Positions 9,212-18,200 of a stretch of DNA of 64,000 bases are shown piece by piece. The stretch lies in the sequence record MW650886.1; one strand, given 5' to 3'. This DNA comes from Escherichia phage vB_EcoM-ZQ1. The notes beneath the pieces are model-generated. The model did not search any database, was not told where the DNA came from, and worked only from the letters and a program-made list of their open reading frames with translations. The position numbers and the translations under genes were made by a program. Numbering within the stretch: position 1 is the stretch's first letter; every line of letters begins with the position of its first letter.

Positions 9212-10543
9212 ATGGTTGCCAAGAGCATTACTGTAACGGACTTTGTCAACACTGACCATAAACAGTTTTCTGTGGTCAACAGCATCCGTCAAATCCCTCA
9301 GCTGATTGACAGTCTCAAGCCAAGCCAGCGCAAGATCCTTTTCGCTGCTCTTGAGTACAACAAGGAGGAGATTGTTGACCGCCTTGGTATGTTCGCCGCC
9401 GCTCGGACCAACTACAAGTCTGGTGGGGAGAACATGAGCGGCACTATCGTGAACATGGCCCAGGGGTTCCCAGGTACGAACAACATCCCGTACTTTGACC
9501 GCGATGGCCAGTTTGGTTCTATCATGGGGCGTGATGCTTCATCTGCCCGATACATATCCGTCGCTGTATCTGACGTTATCCGCAAGATCTTCCGCAAGGA
9601 GGATGAGGGTATCTTGGAATACAACTACCTTGGTGAAGAAAGGCTGGAGCCGAAGTTCTTTCTACCCATCCTGCCCATGTTCCTGGTGAATGGGATCAAT
9701 GGTATCGGCACCGGATATTCCACCGACACCCCGTGTCATTGCGTTAAGTCCGTGCTGAATGCCCTGAGAGCGCTTCTCCGTGGCGAAGACCCGAAAGACT
9801 TAAAACCGTACTGGAACGGCTTCAAAGGAGAGACAGGCTATACTGAGGAAGGAAGAGCATACAGTCGCGGCATCTTCCGTCGCGTCAATGCCACCACCCT
9901 GCATATCACCGAAGTCCCAGTGGGCTGGTTTGCCAAAACCTATGAGACCAAGGTGTTGCTGCCTCTGTACAAGGCAGGTATCCTCACCGAGTACGCCAAC
10001 GACACGACGGAAGATGGCTGGGATATCACGGTTGTGTTTAAGCGCGGCGAACTCTCTAAGCTGAGTGACGAGCAGGTTGAGCAGATGTTCAAACTGTATT
10101 CAGCTACCAAGCCTGTGTGGACAGCATGGGATGAAGACGGTGTTATTCATCGTTATTCTGGTTGGCGGGACATGTTGCTACCGTTCTTCAATTATCGCCT
10201 ATCACGGTACGAAGACCGTCGCCAGTATCTGTTGAAGGACATGGCAGACAGGATCCGCAAGCTGGGTGACCGGGCGGTGTTCATTGAATGGGCGACGCGT
10301 GTTGATCTCCGCCAAAAGATTGACGTGCTGAAGTCTCTGTTCATGCAGGACTACCCGGACTTTGGTGGTGATCTTGACGAGTTGTTCAAGATGCCTCTGT
10401 CGTCTATTACTCTGGACGCCCGTGAGCGCCTACTCAAGCAGATTGAGAACCTTGAAGCACAACATAAGGAATTAAGTAAGAAAGAGGACATCGATCTTTA
10501 CACTGAAGACCTTGATGACCTTGAAAAGGCTCTTGGCCTATAA
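9212..10543 (+). CDS. DNA topoisomerase II medium subunit (T4 gp52-like, GyrA-type)
   Basis: ATG at 9212 just after the gp39-like stop; N-terminal LKPSQRKILFAA resembles the GyrA/ParC breakage-reunion motif. Confidence 0.8.
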   Translation: MVAKSITVTDFVNTDHKQFSVVNSIRQIPQLIDSLKPSQRKILFAALEYNKEEIVDRLGMFAAARTNYKSGGENMSGTIVNMAQGFPGTNNIPYFDRDGQFGSIMGRDASSARYISVAVSDVIRKIFRKEDEGILEYNYLGEERLEPKFFLPILPMFLVNGINGIGTGYSTDTPCHCVKSVLNALRALLRGEDPKDLKPYWNGFKGETGYTEEGRAYSRGIFRRVNATTLHITEVPVGWFAKTYETKVLLPLYKAGILTEYANDTTEDGWDITVVFKRGELSKLSDEQVEQMFKLYSATKPVWTAWDEDGVIHRYSGWRDMLLPFFNYRLSRYEDRRQYLLKDMADRIRKLGDRAVFIEWATRVDLRQKIDVLKSLFMQDYPDFGGDLDELFKMPLSSITLDARERLLKQIENLEAQHKELSKKEDIDLYTEDLDDLEKALGL

Positions 10544-10547
10544 CATC

Positions 10548-10565
10548 GGAGGGGTTCGCCCCTCC
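10548..10565 (+). promoter_or_regulatory. intercistronic UUCG-tetraloop hairpin (ggagggg-TTCG-cccctcc) with no U-tract, directly upstream of the next RBS
   Basis: 7-bp perfect stem read directly; followed by GGAGGG RBS and the ATG at 10585. Confidence 0.5.
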
Positions 10566-10584
10566 TCACCCGGAGGGTTGCGCT

Positions 10585-10872
10585 ATGTTCTATCTCCGTT
10601 CTGCAGCACCTGTGGTATTCATCATTTCCCTATTTGATTTCTTGGTTCCTCGCTTTATCAAAGAAGAGGTAGCGTTTGGTCTCTATGGTGAGACGGAAGA
10701 CCCAGAGGTCGATGAATATTACCCAATGTGCGCCCTGAAAGATATCGAGGAAGGGGAAGATGTTGCAATGGTCGGCACCATGCGTTCTTTCAATCTGTTT
10801 GGGCTTGCACTCTTTCCGAAACTGGTTGGTGAACTGCGCCCCTACGATCCTGAAGCCACTGTAGATGGTTAA
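10585..10872 (+). CDS. hypothetical protein
   Basis: 95-aa ORF with a strong GGAGGG RBS. Confidence 0.45.
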   Translation: MFYLRSAAPVVFIISLFDFLVPRFIKEEVAFGLYGETEDPEVDEYYPMCALKDIEEGEDVAMVGTMRSFNLFGLALFPKLVGELRPYDPEATVDG

Positions 10873-10919
10873 TCATAACATAGCTTCTGAGCCCTAAACT
10901 TCTGTCTACGGATGATTCC

Positions 10920-11129
10920 TTGTATTTTCATTGTCCTGGGTGTGGTATACTTCATCTATATCGCATTAAGGGCGAAACCCAAGGTCCGATGTGGATGTGG
11001 AACAACAATGTTATTGAGCCTACGTTCACACCGAGCCTGCTGGTGAATGCAACTGATCCAGCATTATTTTGCCATCTGTTCCTGACCGACGGCAAATACA
11101 ATTCCTCGGAGACTGTTTCCATGATCTGA
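10920..11129 (+). CDS. hypothetical small protein
   Basis: 69-aa ORF with CPGCG near the N-terminus; ORF only. Confidence 0.3.
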   Translation: MYFHCPGCGILHLYRIKGETQGPMWMWNNNVIEPTFTPSLLVNATDPALFCHLFLTDGKYNSSETVSMI

Positions 11130-11188
11130 AGAACCAGACAGTGGATATGGTCGACATCTCTGAACCTGAAATTTGGATTGAATAGATT

Positions 11189-11599
11189 ATGAAATTACTG
11201 GGATATTTTCGTGAACTCCCAACGGGAACTGAAGGCAAGTTGTTCTCACAGGTGAAGGGGGATGACATTGGTGATACGATGATTCCCCTGTACACTCGTG
11301 AACTTCCTGTCGAAGGTGCCTGGGAGCGCCGTGTGGTCGCTGCCGCCAACAAATATGGTGATGTAATCGTCGTTGCTGACCGTCACCACAGCCGATTCAT
11401 GAACAGCCAGCTCAAGATCCTGAAAGAAGCAGGCGTCATTAAATCCACCCATACCCGCGAACAGGGCTTCATCGACAACCAGGGCAACTTCCTCACTCGT
11501 GAAGAGGCGTGCATCGTAGCCCGTGAAGCTGGACAGATCAATCAGGTGCGCCTGAAGACAACCCCTTTCCGCGAACTCTTTTCCGAAGACCTCTATTGA
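11189..11599 (+). CDS. hypothetical protein
   Basis: 136-aa ORF. Confidence 0.45.
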   Translation: MKLLGYFRELPTGTEGKLFSQVKGDDIGDTMIPLYTRELPVEGAWERRVVAAANKYGDVIVVADRHHSRFMNSQLKILKEAGVIKSTHTREQGFIDNQGNFLTREEACIVAREAGQINQVRLKTTPFRELFSEDLY

Positions 11600-11605
11600 A
11601 GAAAA

Positions 11606-11625
11606 AGGCGGTATTATTACCGCCT
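11606..11625 (+). promoter_or_regulatory. stem-loop (aggcggta-TTAT-taccgcct) after the stop at 11599; possible terminator or RNA-stability element
   Basis: 8-bp stem read directly; downstream tract only partly T-rich. Confidence 0.4.
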
Positions 11626-11649
11626 CGACCCCTTGTTTGGTAACATCAA

Positions 11650-11892
11650 ATGAGCCCAGAATTTGAAAATCTGTTCGAGCGATGCTTCGAACCAGGTTCT
11701 GTGTCCGGTTACATGGACCGCCTTTGCACTGCCATTGTAATACGCCTTGCTGCCAAGGGTATCGTTGTCAACACCATTATCAACAATGGGAACAACTTTA
11801 TCATGCAGATGACTGATTATCACCACCGCACAGGCATCATCCAGGTGTCATGTGTTGACAACAGCATTATTGAATGGAGACAGTACGCATGA
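11650..11892 (+). CDS. hypothetical protein
   Basis: 80-aa ORF. Confidence 0.35.
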   Translation: MSPEFENLFERCFEPGSVSGYMDRLCTAIVIRLAAKGIVVNTIINNGNNFIMQMTDYHHRTGIIQVSCVDNSIIEWRQYA

Positions 11893-12488
11893 CAACTTAT
11901 GTAATCAATGGTGGTGATCTACTGAAAGCCGCCTGTAGCTTCAATCTGATCGACATCTTTGCCCACGGTGCCAACTGTTGGTCTACCATGGGCGCGGGCA
12001 TTGCTCTGCACATCGGTAACAACTTCCCAGCCCTGCGTGAAGTCGATGCGAACGACCCTCGTGGTCCAGAGCAACGCCTGGGTGGCATGTCCTATGCATT
12101 TGACCACAGCACTGGTGTCTGGGGCGCGAACCTCTACACTCAGTTTTATCCAGGTCCGAACGCTCGCATGCCGTCTGTCATCAGTTCTGTTCAGATGTTG
12201 TTTGAGCAGGTTCACGAAATTGTGGAAGCAACTAAAGACGAAACCGTCTATGTCGGCCTGCCTGCTATCGGTTGTGGTATTGGTGGTCTGAACCTCTACA
12301 GTGTAGTGCGCCATATCAATCGAATCTCTGAAAGCGTGTATGAAGAGACCCGCCGTCGTGTCGTCCCAGTCTTCTATATCAGGGAAGGAGACGGATTCGA
12401 TGATGATCTGATGGAACTTTCTCATCTGGACACAGAAGGTATCATGATTGTCGAAGATGAGCAAGAAATCATCGACGAGGAGGCGTAA
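11889..12488 (+). CDS. macro-domain protein (ADP-ribose binding/hydrolase family)
   Basis: ATGA overlap at 11889; motifs DIFAHGANCWSTMGAGIALHI (N-A-A-N ... G-G-G-V-like) and GLPAIGCGIGGL match the macro-domain signature. Confidence 0.65.
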   Translation: MTTYVINGGDLLKAACSFNLIDIFAHGANCWSTMGAGIALHIGNNFPALREVDANDPRGPEQRLGGMSYAFDHSTGVWGANLYTQFYPGPNARMPSVISSVQMLFEQVHEIVEATKDETVYVGLPAIGCGIGGLNLYSVVRHINRISESVYEETRRRVVPVFYIREGDGFDDDLMELSHLDTEGIMIVEDEQEIIDEEA

Positions 12489-13121
12489 ATGTACAAGTCT
12501 AATTTCCTTGCAGTTGCCGACAGCGAAACCCTGGGGCGCTGGGATGATGCAGTCATGCTGTCTTGGGCACACACCATCGCCGACCTGACCAAGCGTTATA
12601 CTCTTCAGCAGCTGGTTGAGGAGCGCACGACGTTCATTAAGCTGAATGTCAAAGAGCAGATCGAACTCGGTCGCGTGAAGGACCAGGGGACGGTAGAATG
12701 GTGGTTGGGGACGGGTAAACGTAACCCGTGTGATGCGGCTCGCGCCGTCAGTCTGTACCCCAAGGAAGATGACATCTCTATCTTCCAGCTGGCCGATGAA
12801 ATCCGCAAGGGTTGTCATCGTCTTGGGGTAGACCCGCGCTCGGTTGACTGGTGTGATCGCAACCTGTTTGATCTGCGCAAGGCTCAGCACATCATTGAGG
12901 TGACATGTAAGCAGGACTCCAACGAGCCTTGGGATTACCACCACACCTTCGACATCGTGAGCTGGCTGAAGGGTGTTGGGCAGCAGGATCGGTATGCTGG
13001 CATCAAGGCATGGGAACTGGAAGGTATGGTCTATCATGACCCTCGTTATGACGCTGCGCTTGACTGGCTGCGTATTCAGAAGACCATGGAAGATCTGATG
13101 GGTCTGGAGGTTGTGGGATGA
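12489..13121 (+). CDS. DEDDh-type 3'-5' exonuclease (DnaQ-like; T4 DexA-like candidate)
   Basis: N-terminal AVADSET (D-x-E Exo I motif) and C-terminal YHDPRYDAALD (H-x4-D Exo III motif). Confidence 0.6.
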   Translation: MYKSNFLAVADSETLGRWDDAVMLSWAHTIADLTKRYTLQQLVEERTTFIKLNVKEQIELGRVKDQGTVEWWLGTGKRNPCDAARAVSLYPKEDDISIFQLADEIRKGCHRLGVDPRSVDWCDRNLFDLRKAQHIIEVTCKQDSNEPWDYHHTFDIVSWLKGVGQQDRYAGIKAWELEGMVYHDPRYDAALDWLRIQKTMEDLMGLEVVG

Positions 13122-13420
13122 TTGTATTCACTGTCATCGGTGTGATCGTAACAGCTGGGGTGTTCACAGCCATATTGGGCTACCTGTACTTCATGTTCCT
13201 TCATCCGTTATTTCAGGCGTTCAGTCTCACGAATTGGTACTTGGCCTGCCTAAAGGCCGACGGCGGCGTGAACATGGCCTCTCTTCCTTACTGGCGGCTG
13301 GTAGCGCATTACTACTCGGTCGGTGGCTGGCCTGGGGAAAGGACATGGAACTCTATCGGTGAGTGGTATGGAATAGGTCGATGGCGTATATTCCCTGATG
13401 AAGACGATCAAGCCCCGTGA
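13118..13420 (+). CDS. small membrane protein
   Basis: ATGA overlap; N-terminal hydrophobic helix IVFTVIGVIVTAGVFTAILGYLYF. Confidence 0.4.
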   Translation: MIVFTVIGVIVTAGVFTAILGYLYFMFLHPLFQAFSLTNWYLACLKADGGVNMASLPYWRLVAHYYSVGGWPGERTWNSIGEWYGIGRWRIFPDEDDQAP

Positions 13421-13430
13421 GGGGCTTTTC
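13411..13430 (+). terminator. rho-independent terminator (agcccc-GTGA-ggggct then TTTC), GNRA-type loop
   Basis: hairpin overlaps the stop codon at 13418-13420; argues against the 13398 start of the next ORF. Confidence 0.55.
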
Positions 13431-13484
13431 TATATCCTGGATAGAGTATCATTGGTTCACCAACGAATCCTCGGGAGAGGTGAT

Positions 13485-13826
13485 ATGAAACGTTCGGTTG
13501 TTGTAAATGACATCACGAGATTGATAAACCTTGTCAAAGATGTGTTTCCACAACAGGTGGATGTCGAGTACGTGGGGAAGAACGGGAAGTGCTATCAGGT
13601 TGCTCTACTTCTGAAGCACGTGTATCCCCAAGCAGAGATACATTACAGTCAGACCGAAGGTCATGTGTATACTCTGATTGATGGGCATTACTACGACATC
13701 GACGGCATCCACTTCAGTGTCCCACCGGATACGTGTTTGCTCGAACACAACAGAGGCCATAAACCCCATCGCTGGCATAAAGGGTTTGTGAACGTACCGA
13801 TTTTAGAATGGTTGAGGAGACCATAA
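13485..13826 (+). CDS. hypothetical protein
   Basis: ATG at 13485 preceded by GGAGAGG and downstream of the terminator; the ORF-track start at 13398 lies inside the terminator. Confidence 0.4.
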   Translation: MKRSVVVNDITRLINLVKDVFPQQVDVEYVGKNGKCYQVALLLKHVYPQAEIHYSQTEGHVYTLIDGHYYDIDGIHFSVPPDTCLLEHNRGHKPHRWHKGFVNVPILEWLRRP

Positions 13827-14386
13827 TGGCAGGAATTGTGAAGTATCTGGGAGACACCCACCTTGGGCACAAGAAGATCTTCAAGCCCCGTGGGTTCGAT
13901 ACCCAAGAGGCGCATGATGCTGCAGTTATCGACAGTATCTTTCAGGGGCTGAAGTCTCGAGACGTCCTTGAACTTGCAGGCGACATCTGCTTCATCGGGG
14001 CTGAGGGGTTCATTCGCCTGATGCGCGAGGGTGCCAAGCGGAATATTGATGAGTTCAAGCGCCGCCCGGTTCCCGATGACTGGCGACCGAACTTTATCAT
14101 CAGGGTGGCGCAAGGCAACCATGACAGATTCAAGATGTTGATGCAGCTGTATCAAGAGGGATGGATTAGCTCCTTTGGTGCGATGTATGAGCGTGATACC
14201 CCGGTTGGTTGTGTGCTGACCACTCACGTTCCTTATCAATTAGGCCGCTGGGCTTATAATATCCATGGTCATCTTCACAGTAAAATGCGTGAAGAACGTG
14301 AATACCTGAACTGCAGCTGGGAACAATTCAAGCGCCCTGTGACATTGGCCGAGCTGCTCTACACCAATCTGGGGATTGAAATATGA
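13826..14386 (+). CDS. calcineurin-like metallophosphoesterase
   Basis: TAATG overlap start at 13826; motifs YLGDTHLGH (GDxHG), AGDICFIG (GDxx), QGNHD (GNHD/E), HGHLH. Confidence 0.65.
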   Translation: MAGIVKYLGDTHLGHKKIFKPRGFDTQEAHDAAVIDSIFQGLKSRDVLELAGDICFIGAEGFIRLMREGAKRNIDEFKRRPVPDDWRPNFIIRVAQGNHDRFKMLMQLYQEGWISSFGAMYERDTPVGCVLTTHVPYQLGRWAYNIHGHLHSKMREEREYLNCSWEQFKRPVTLAELLYTNLGIEI

Positions 14387-14700
14387 AAATTTATTTTCCT
14401 GGCCAAAAGGTGCCTTCTGAAGTGCAGAAGGTCACAATCACAGGCTACCGGAAAGGGGATCCATATCTGCGCTTCTCCTCTCCATGTATCGTGAAGCAAA
14501 CTAAAACGGGTTATTATATCAGGCCGATTGTGTTGATGGGCTGTGTAATGACATTCAGAGCTTCCTGTGAACACGTTCTTATACAAGGAAGTCCGAACAT
14601 CGAAGGTGGAGAAACCCACATGAACTGCAAGCCGATTATCCCGACATGGTTGATTATTGGTGTGCTTTCCGTTTTAGCTCTGAAAGGAGTATTGTCATGA
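14383..14700 (+). CDS. hypothetical protein with C-terminal TM helix
   Basis: ATGA overlap; C-terminal [17 protein letters not shown] is hydrophobic. Confidence 0.4.
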   Translation: MKIYFPGQKVPSEVQKVTITGYRKGDPYLRFSSPCIVKQTKTGYYIRPIVLMGCVMTFRASCEHVLIQGSPNIEGGETHMNCKPIIPTWLIIGVLSVLALKGVLS

Positions 14701-15035
14701 AAAAGCCGCGTATTACAGGACACCAACTCTTGGTTCTCTACGGGATGGAGAACTTTGAGAAAGGTCATTGCCGTTATGGTGAATGGTACTTGCATCCCAA
14801 ATCCTGGACCAATGACAAGGGCAACACCGTCTGGACGTTCCAGGTATGCCCGAACACTGGTGGTTTCACCTCCGTCAAAGGCGACCCATGGGACACCCGC
14901 ACAGGGGCTTCCCTGCTAGCCAAGGGGTTGATCGAACCAGCTGGCTCAATGGTTCATGACGGTTCTTACGTGAACTGGCCGAACACTGAGGTGACGTTCT
15001 ATCGCCTGACTGAACTCGGTAAATCTTATCTCTGA
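14697..15035 (+). CDS. hypothetical protein
   Basis: ATGA overlap at 14697 (MKKPRITG...). Confidence 0.4.
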   Translation: MKKPRITGHQLLVLYGMENFEKGHCRYGEWYLHPKSWTNDKGNTVWTFQVCPNTGGFTSVKGDPWDTRTGASLLAKGLIEPAGSMVHDGSYVNWPNTEVTFYRLTELGKSYL

Positions 15036-15060
15036 ATAAAGATTCAGCGGTTATTGAAGA

Positions 15061-15091
15061 AGGGGGAGTATATACTTCCCCTTAGTTTATT
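15061..15091 (+). terminator. rho-independent terminator (9-bp stem, ATAT loop, then TAGTTTATT)
   Basis: hairpin read directly about 25 nt after the stop at 15035. Confidence 0.55.
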
Positions 15092-15105
15092 AAGAGGAAC
15101 CGGAA

Positions 15106-15420
15106 ATGACCCCATTAAAAGAAATGTATGAGCGTCTGGCTGAACTACAGGCGAAGGAAAAGCGCTTCTCAGAAGAAGAGTCTGAAATCGCCGAGCTGAA
15201 CAACCTGATTGCCACTCGTGAGAAGTACCTGCATCGCTACATTAATCACCCGCCGCGCATGGTAGACCGCGTCAGCACTATCATGGACCTGGATGAAGTT
15301 ACTCCTGGCAAAGAAATCATTGTCAGGGAAGTCCACCAGATGGTCGCCATGGGTCAGATCTTTGGTCGTGCAGACCAAGACGACATGATCTTCCTCCTTG
15401 AAAAGAAACTGGTGATGTGA
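15106..15420 (+). CDS. hypothetical protein
   Basis: 104-aa ORF with AAGAGG RBS. Confidence 0.45.
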   Translation: MTPLKEMYERLAELQAKEKRFSEEESEIAELNNLIATREKYLHRYINHPPRMVDRVSTIMDLDEVTPGKEIIVREVHQMVAMGQIFGRADQDDMIFLLEKKLVM

Positions 15421-15926
15421 TGGCTATCAAACCCCGTATGTTATTTGCGCATATGCGCTCGGCTCATGCATACGCTCTGTCCAGCTATGCCCAGCGCCTG
15501 AAGGTCGGCTGTGTTATCGTTGACCCGCGTGTTGACCAGCCCCTGTCTATCGGTTGGAACGGGACTGCTCCTGGCGCTCCTAATGTCTGTGAGAAGGAAG
15601 TAGACGGTCAACTGGTATCGGTGGGTGTTATCCACGCCGAGGAGAATGCTCTGAGCAAACTCCCCCAGCACACTGAAGACTGTTGTGGCCTGGTGATGTT
15701 TGTCACTCATAGTCCATGCCCAGAGTGCACCCGTCGTATTATCGGCAGTGGCAAGATCGCTAAAGTATTCTATGACCGACCATATCGTATCATAGACGGC
15801 ATTATTGAAATGCTGGCTGCTGGGATTGAAGTGTATCGCATGGTCGATCAGATTGTTGTAGTCCAGCATTCTGTGAAGAACGGCGAACTGGTATCCACCC
15901 CTGTTTTAGTGAACCCTGACAAATAA
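15420..15926 (+). CDS. dCMP deaminase (cytidine/deoxycytidylate deaminase zinc-binding family)
   Basis: HAEENAL (H-A-E) and SPCPEC (P-C-x-x-C) zinc-binding motifs; start overlaps the upstream stop (GTG at 15417, ATG at 15420). Confidence 0.8.
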   Translation: MAIKPRMLFAHMRSAHAYALSSYAQRLKVGCVIVDPRVDQPLSIGWNGTAPGAPNVCEKEVDGQLVSVGVIHAEENALSKLPQHTEDCCGLVMFVTHSPCPECTRRIIGSGKIAKVFYDRPYRIIDGIIEMLAAGIEVYRMVDQIVVVQHSVKNGELVSTPVLVNPDK

Positions 15927-15936
15927 GGAATTTATC

Positions 15937-16344
15937 ATGCGTTATGTAGATCGTATGCTCGGCAAAGACGAGCACGTTATTGCCTTCACCCGCCCGACTT
16001 GGTGGAGCGGTTTTTGGATTTACGTTCTGGTTATTTTAACGTTTATCCCAACATTTGGATTCAGCTTGTTATTTCTGATACCAACAATTTTAAATGTATT
16101 GACAACTGAATTCGCTGTGACTAACAAGCGTGTCATCGTCAAACGTGGTTTCATCCGTCGTGATGCTGATGAGTTGCGCATCGGTAAGGTGGAGACAGTG
16201 AAGGTTGATCAGTCCATCACAGGCCGCATCTTGGGCTTCTCAACAATCAGCGTGATCGGTACGGGCGGCACCCGCCTGCTGGCCAAGGGTTGTGCTGGTG
16301 GTAATGCGTTCCGTCAGAAGATCTACGATCACCTAGAAGACTGA
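15937..16344 (+). CDS. membrane protein with bacterial PH-like domain (YdbT/DUF304-like architecture)
   Basis: two TM helices (WWSGFWIYVLVILTFIP...LLFLIPTILNVL) followed by a soluble domain; family assignment is from pattern recall only. Confidence 0.4.
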   Translation: MRYVDRMLGKDEHVIAFTRPTWWSGFWIYVLVILTFIPTFGFSLLFLIPTILNVLTTEFAVTNKRVIVKRGFIRRDADELRIGKVETVKVDQSITGRILGFSTISVIGTGGTRLLAKGCAGGNAFRQKIYDHLED

Positions 16345-16346
16345 TT

Positions 16347-16559
16347 ATGATCACTTCAGGTTACACCATCGATCTTTATTGTGAATGCTCAGATTGCAAG
16401 GCATGCAGTTGGGCTTGGGAAGAGCATCACACCAAGCGCGGGTTCAAACAATACACTGGTGAGACTTGGGGTGATTGTGTCAGGCAGGCTCGGGCTGATG
16501 GTTGGCAAATCGGGCGCGACAGACATACCTGTTACGCCCCTGGTCACAAGAGAAGTTAA
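16347..16559 (+). CDS. small cysteine-rich protein (possible zinc-binding)
   Basis: 70 aa with CECSDCKAC ... CY cysteines. Confidence 0.4.
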   Translation: MITSGYTIDLYCECSDCKACSWAWEEHHTKRGFKQYTGETWGDCVRQARADGWQIGRDRHTCYAPGHKRS

Positions 16560-17170
16560 GGTAAGAGCAGTCCATCATCCCGCTCCGTTGGGGCGGGTTT
16601 AATCTCCTTCCGCATCTGTTCCTTCAGCACCCTGACACGCTCAGCATGGCGACGGTCTTGCATCTCCATATCCCGTTTCTTTTTCGACTTCAGCTCAAAC
16701 TGTTTACGAACATCCGGATCTTCACCCGGAACAAGATGCTCTTCGGTCCATATAATGAACTTCCAGTTCTTCTTGGCACACAGTTCGCGGGTGGCCTCCC
16801 ACTTGGCAGAGTTGACCAACCAGGTTCGCATCGCATTGTTGAATGTCGACTCCTTCATGTTCGGAGTCTTCTTCGGCTGCTTGATCTGGTCTTTGGGCTT
16901 GATCTCAATGAGGGTGACCTGTAGTTCCTCTTGCCCTTCACGGCGCGTCCAGACCTTGAGGTCCATGAAGTAACGATGGGTGCGCCCGTCGACTGGGGAA
17001 ATGTAAGGGATTACGGTCTCCTCACTAGACCACTTTACTATCGCGGAGTTCATATCACAGAACTTGAAAGCCACCAACTCCAGCGAAGAGCGGAAGATGA
17101 TGTTATTCACATTCCCCTGATACTTCTTGGGATTAACTGGGGTGTACTTCCCCTGAAGATAGTTGCTCAT
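16556..17170 (-). CDS. PD-(D/E)xK nuclease-like protein; possibly a gp4-like head completion nuclease
   Basis: lone reverse-strand gene; motif YFMDLKVW ... LIEIKPK (D ... E-x-K); sits divergent to a structural gene block. Confidence 0.4.
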   Translation of the reverse strand: MSNYLQGKYTPVNPKKYQGNVNNIIFRSSLELVAFKFCDMNSAIVKWSSEETVIPYISPVDGRTHRYFMDLKVWTRREGQEELQVTLIEIKPKDQIKQPKKTPNMKESTFNNAMRTWLVNSAKWEATRELCAKKNWKFIIWTEEHLVPGEDPDVRKQFELKSKKKRDMEMQDRRHAERVRVLKEQMRKEIKPAPTERDDGLLLP

Positions 17171-17220
17171 AATCTAGTCCTAAATAGCTATAACACTCTA
17201 TCTATTTAAGGGCTGAGACC

Positions 17221-18189
17221 ATGGCCGACTTCAAGAAGACAATCGATAAGATCAAGGTTCTGAACACGAAGGGATTGTCCCAGGCTCAGAAGCAATTGTC
17301 TTATCCCCTAGACGTTACTGGGGGTAAGACCTTGGGACACTATGTCCTATTCAACATCAACCGTATCTCCGGTTCATCTTATGGCAACACGGCTACTCAG
17401 ACTATCGAGAACCCAATACAGAACCCTCTGGGGAATACTCCTGTGGTCTATGGGTCCAAGTCTGGTTCCATCACCAAATATGCATGGGCGCGTCACGTTC
17501 GTTCAAACGAGTCTATCGTACTTTGTATGCCTGAGTCCATTACAACCAACTATGGTGTTGGCTGGAACGGTAGCGAGCTGGGGCTGGCTGGTATGGGGGC
17601 ACAGTTCCTTTCCCGCGCCGCCCAAGACATGACTCAGTTTAAACTGGGTGATGCGCTCAACGTCGGGAAGGAGATGGGGCGATTCGCTGCCACCAAGGCT
17701 ATCCAATCTGCGTCGGAGGCTATTCCATTCCTGCCGAGCATTAACGCTCATGACACCCTTGAGTTGTTCACAGGCACCATGACCAACCCATATGTGGAGA
17801 TGATCTTCCAGGGTGTTCGCAACCGTGAGATTCCATTTACATTCAAATTCACGCCGCGATCTCAGAAGGAAGCCAAGATGGTCCGTGAGATCATCCGCAT
17901 GTTCAAGATGCACATGTACCCAGAGTACAAGTACAACAAGAATTCCAGCGCGTTTTACTTGCATCCTTCAACATTCGACATTACGTTCATGGTCAATGGG
18001 GAGCGTAACCAGTGGCTGCACCGCATCTCCACTTGTGTGCTTTCCAACATGTTCGTCAACGAGACGCCGGACAGTTCATACGCGGTTCACAAAGATGATG
18101 GTATCGTGTCCACGCAGGTTGACATGACCTTCATCGAACTGGAGCCTCTGCATAAAGGGCGCTTTGAAACCGAAGGCGATAGCTTCTAA
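17221..18189 (+). CDS. virion structural protein (baseplate/tail-tube-associated, gp48/gp54-like candidate)
   Basis: 322 aa; first gene of a co-directional block ending in a tape-measure-like protein; assignment by position and weak resemblance. Confidence 0.35.
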   Translation: MADFKKTIDKIKVLNTKGLSQAQKQLSYPLDVTGGKTLGHYVLFNINRISGSSYGNTATQTIENPIQNPLGNTPVVYGSKSGSITKYAWARHVRSNESIVLCMPESITTNYGVGWNGSELGLAGMGAQFLSRAAQDMTQFKLGDALNVGKEMGRFAATKAIQSASEAIPFLPSINAHDTLELFTGTMTNPYVEMIFQGVRNREIPFTFKFTPRSQKEAKMVREIIRMFKMHMYPEYKYNKNSSAFYLHPSTFDITFMVNGERNQWLHRISTCVLSNMFVNETPDSSYAVHKDDGIVSTQVDMTFIELEPLHKGRFETEGDSF

Positions 18190-18200
18190 GAGAGGATGCC

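Noticed and set aside
11919-13037. 372-aa minus-strand ORF overlapping the macro-domain and exonuclease genes
   Set aside because: Antisense to two tightly coupled plus-strand genes with clear motifs; its translation is low-complexity with no motif, so it is most likely a shadow ORF
13398-13484. ORF-track start at 13398 for the gene ending at 13826
   Set aside because: That start lies inside the terminator hairpin at 13411-13430; the ATG at 13485 with a GGAGAGG RBS is preferred
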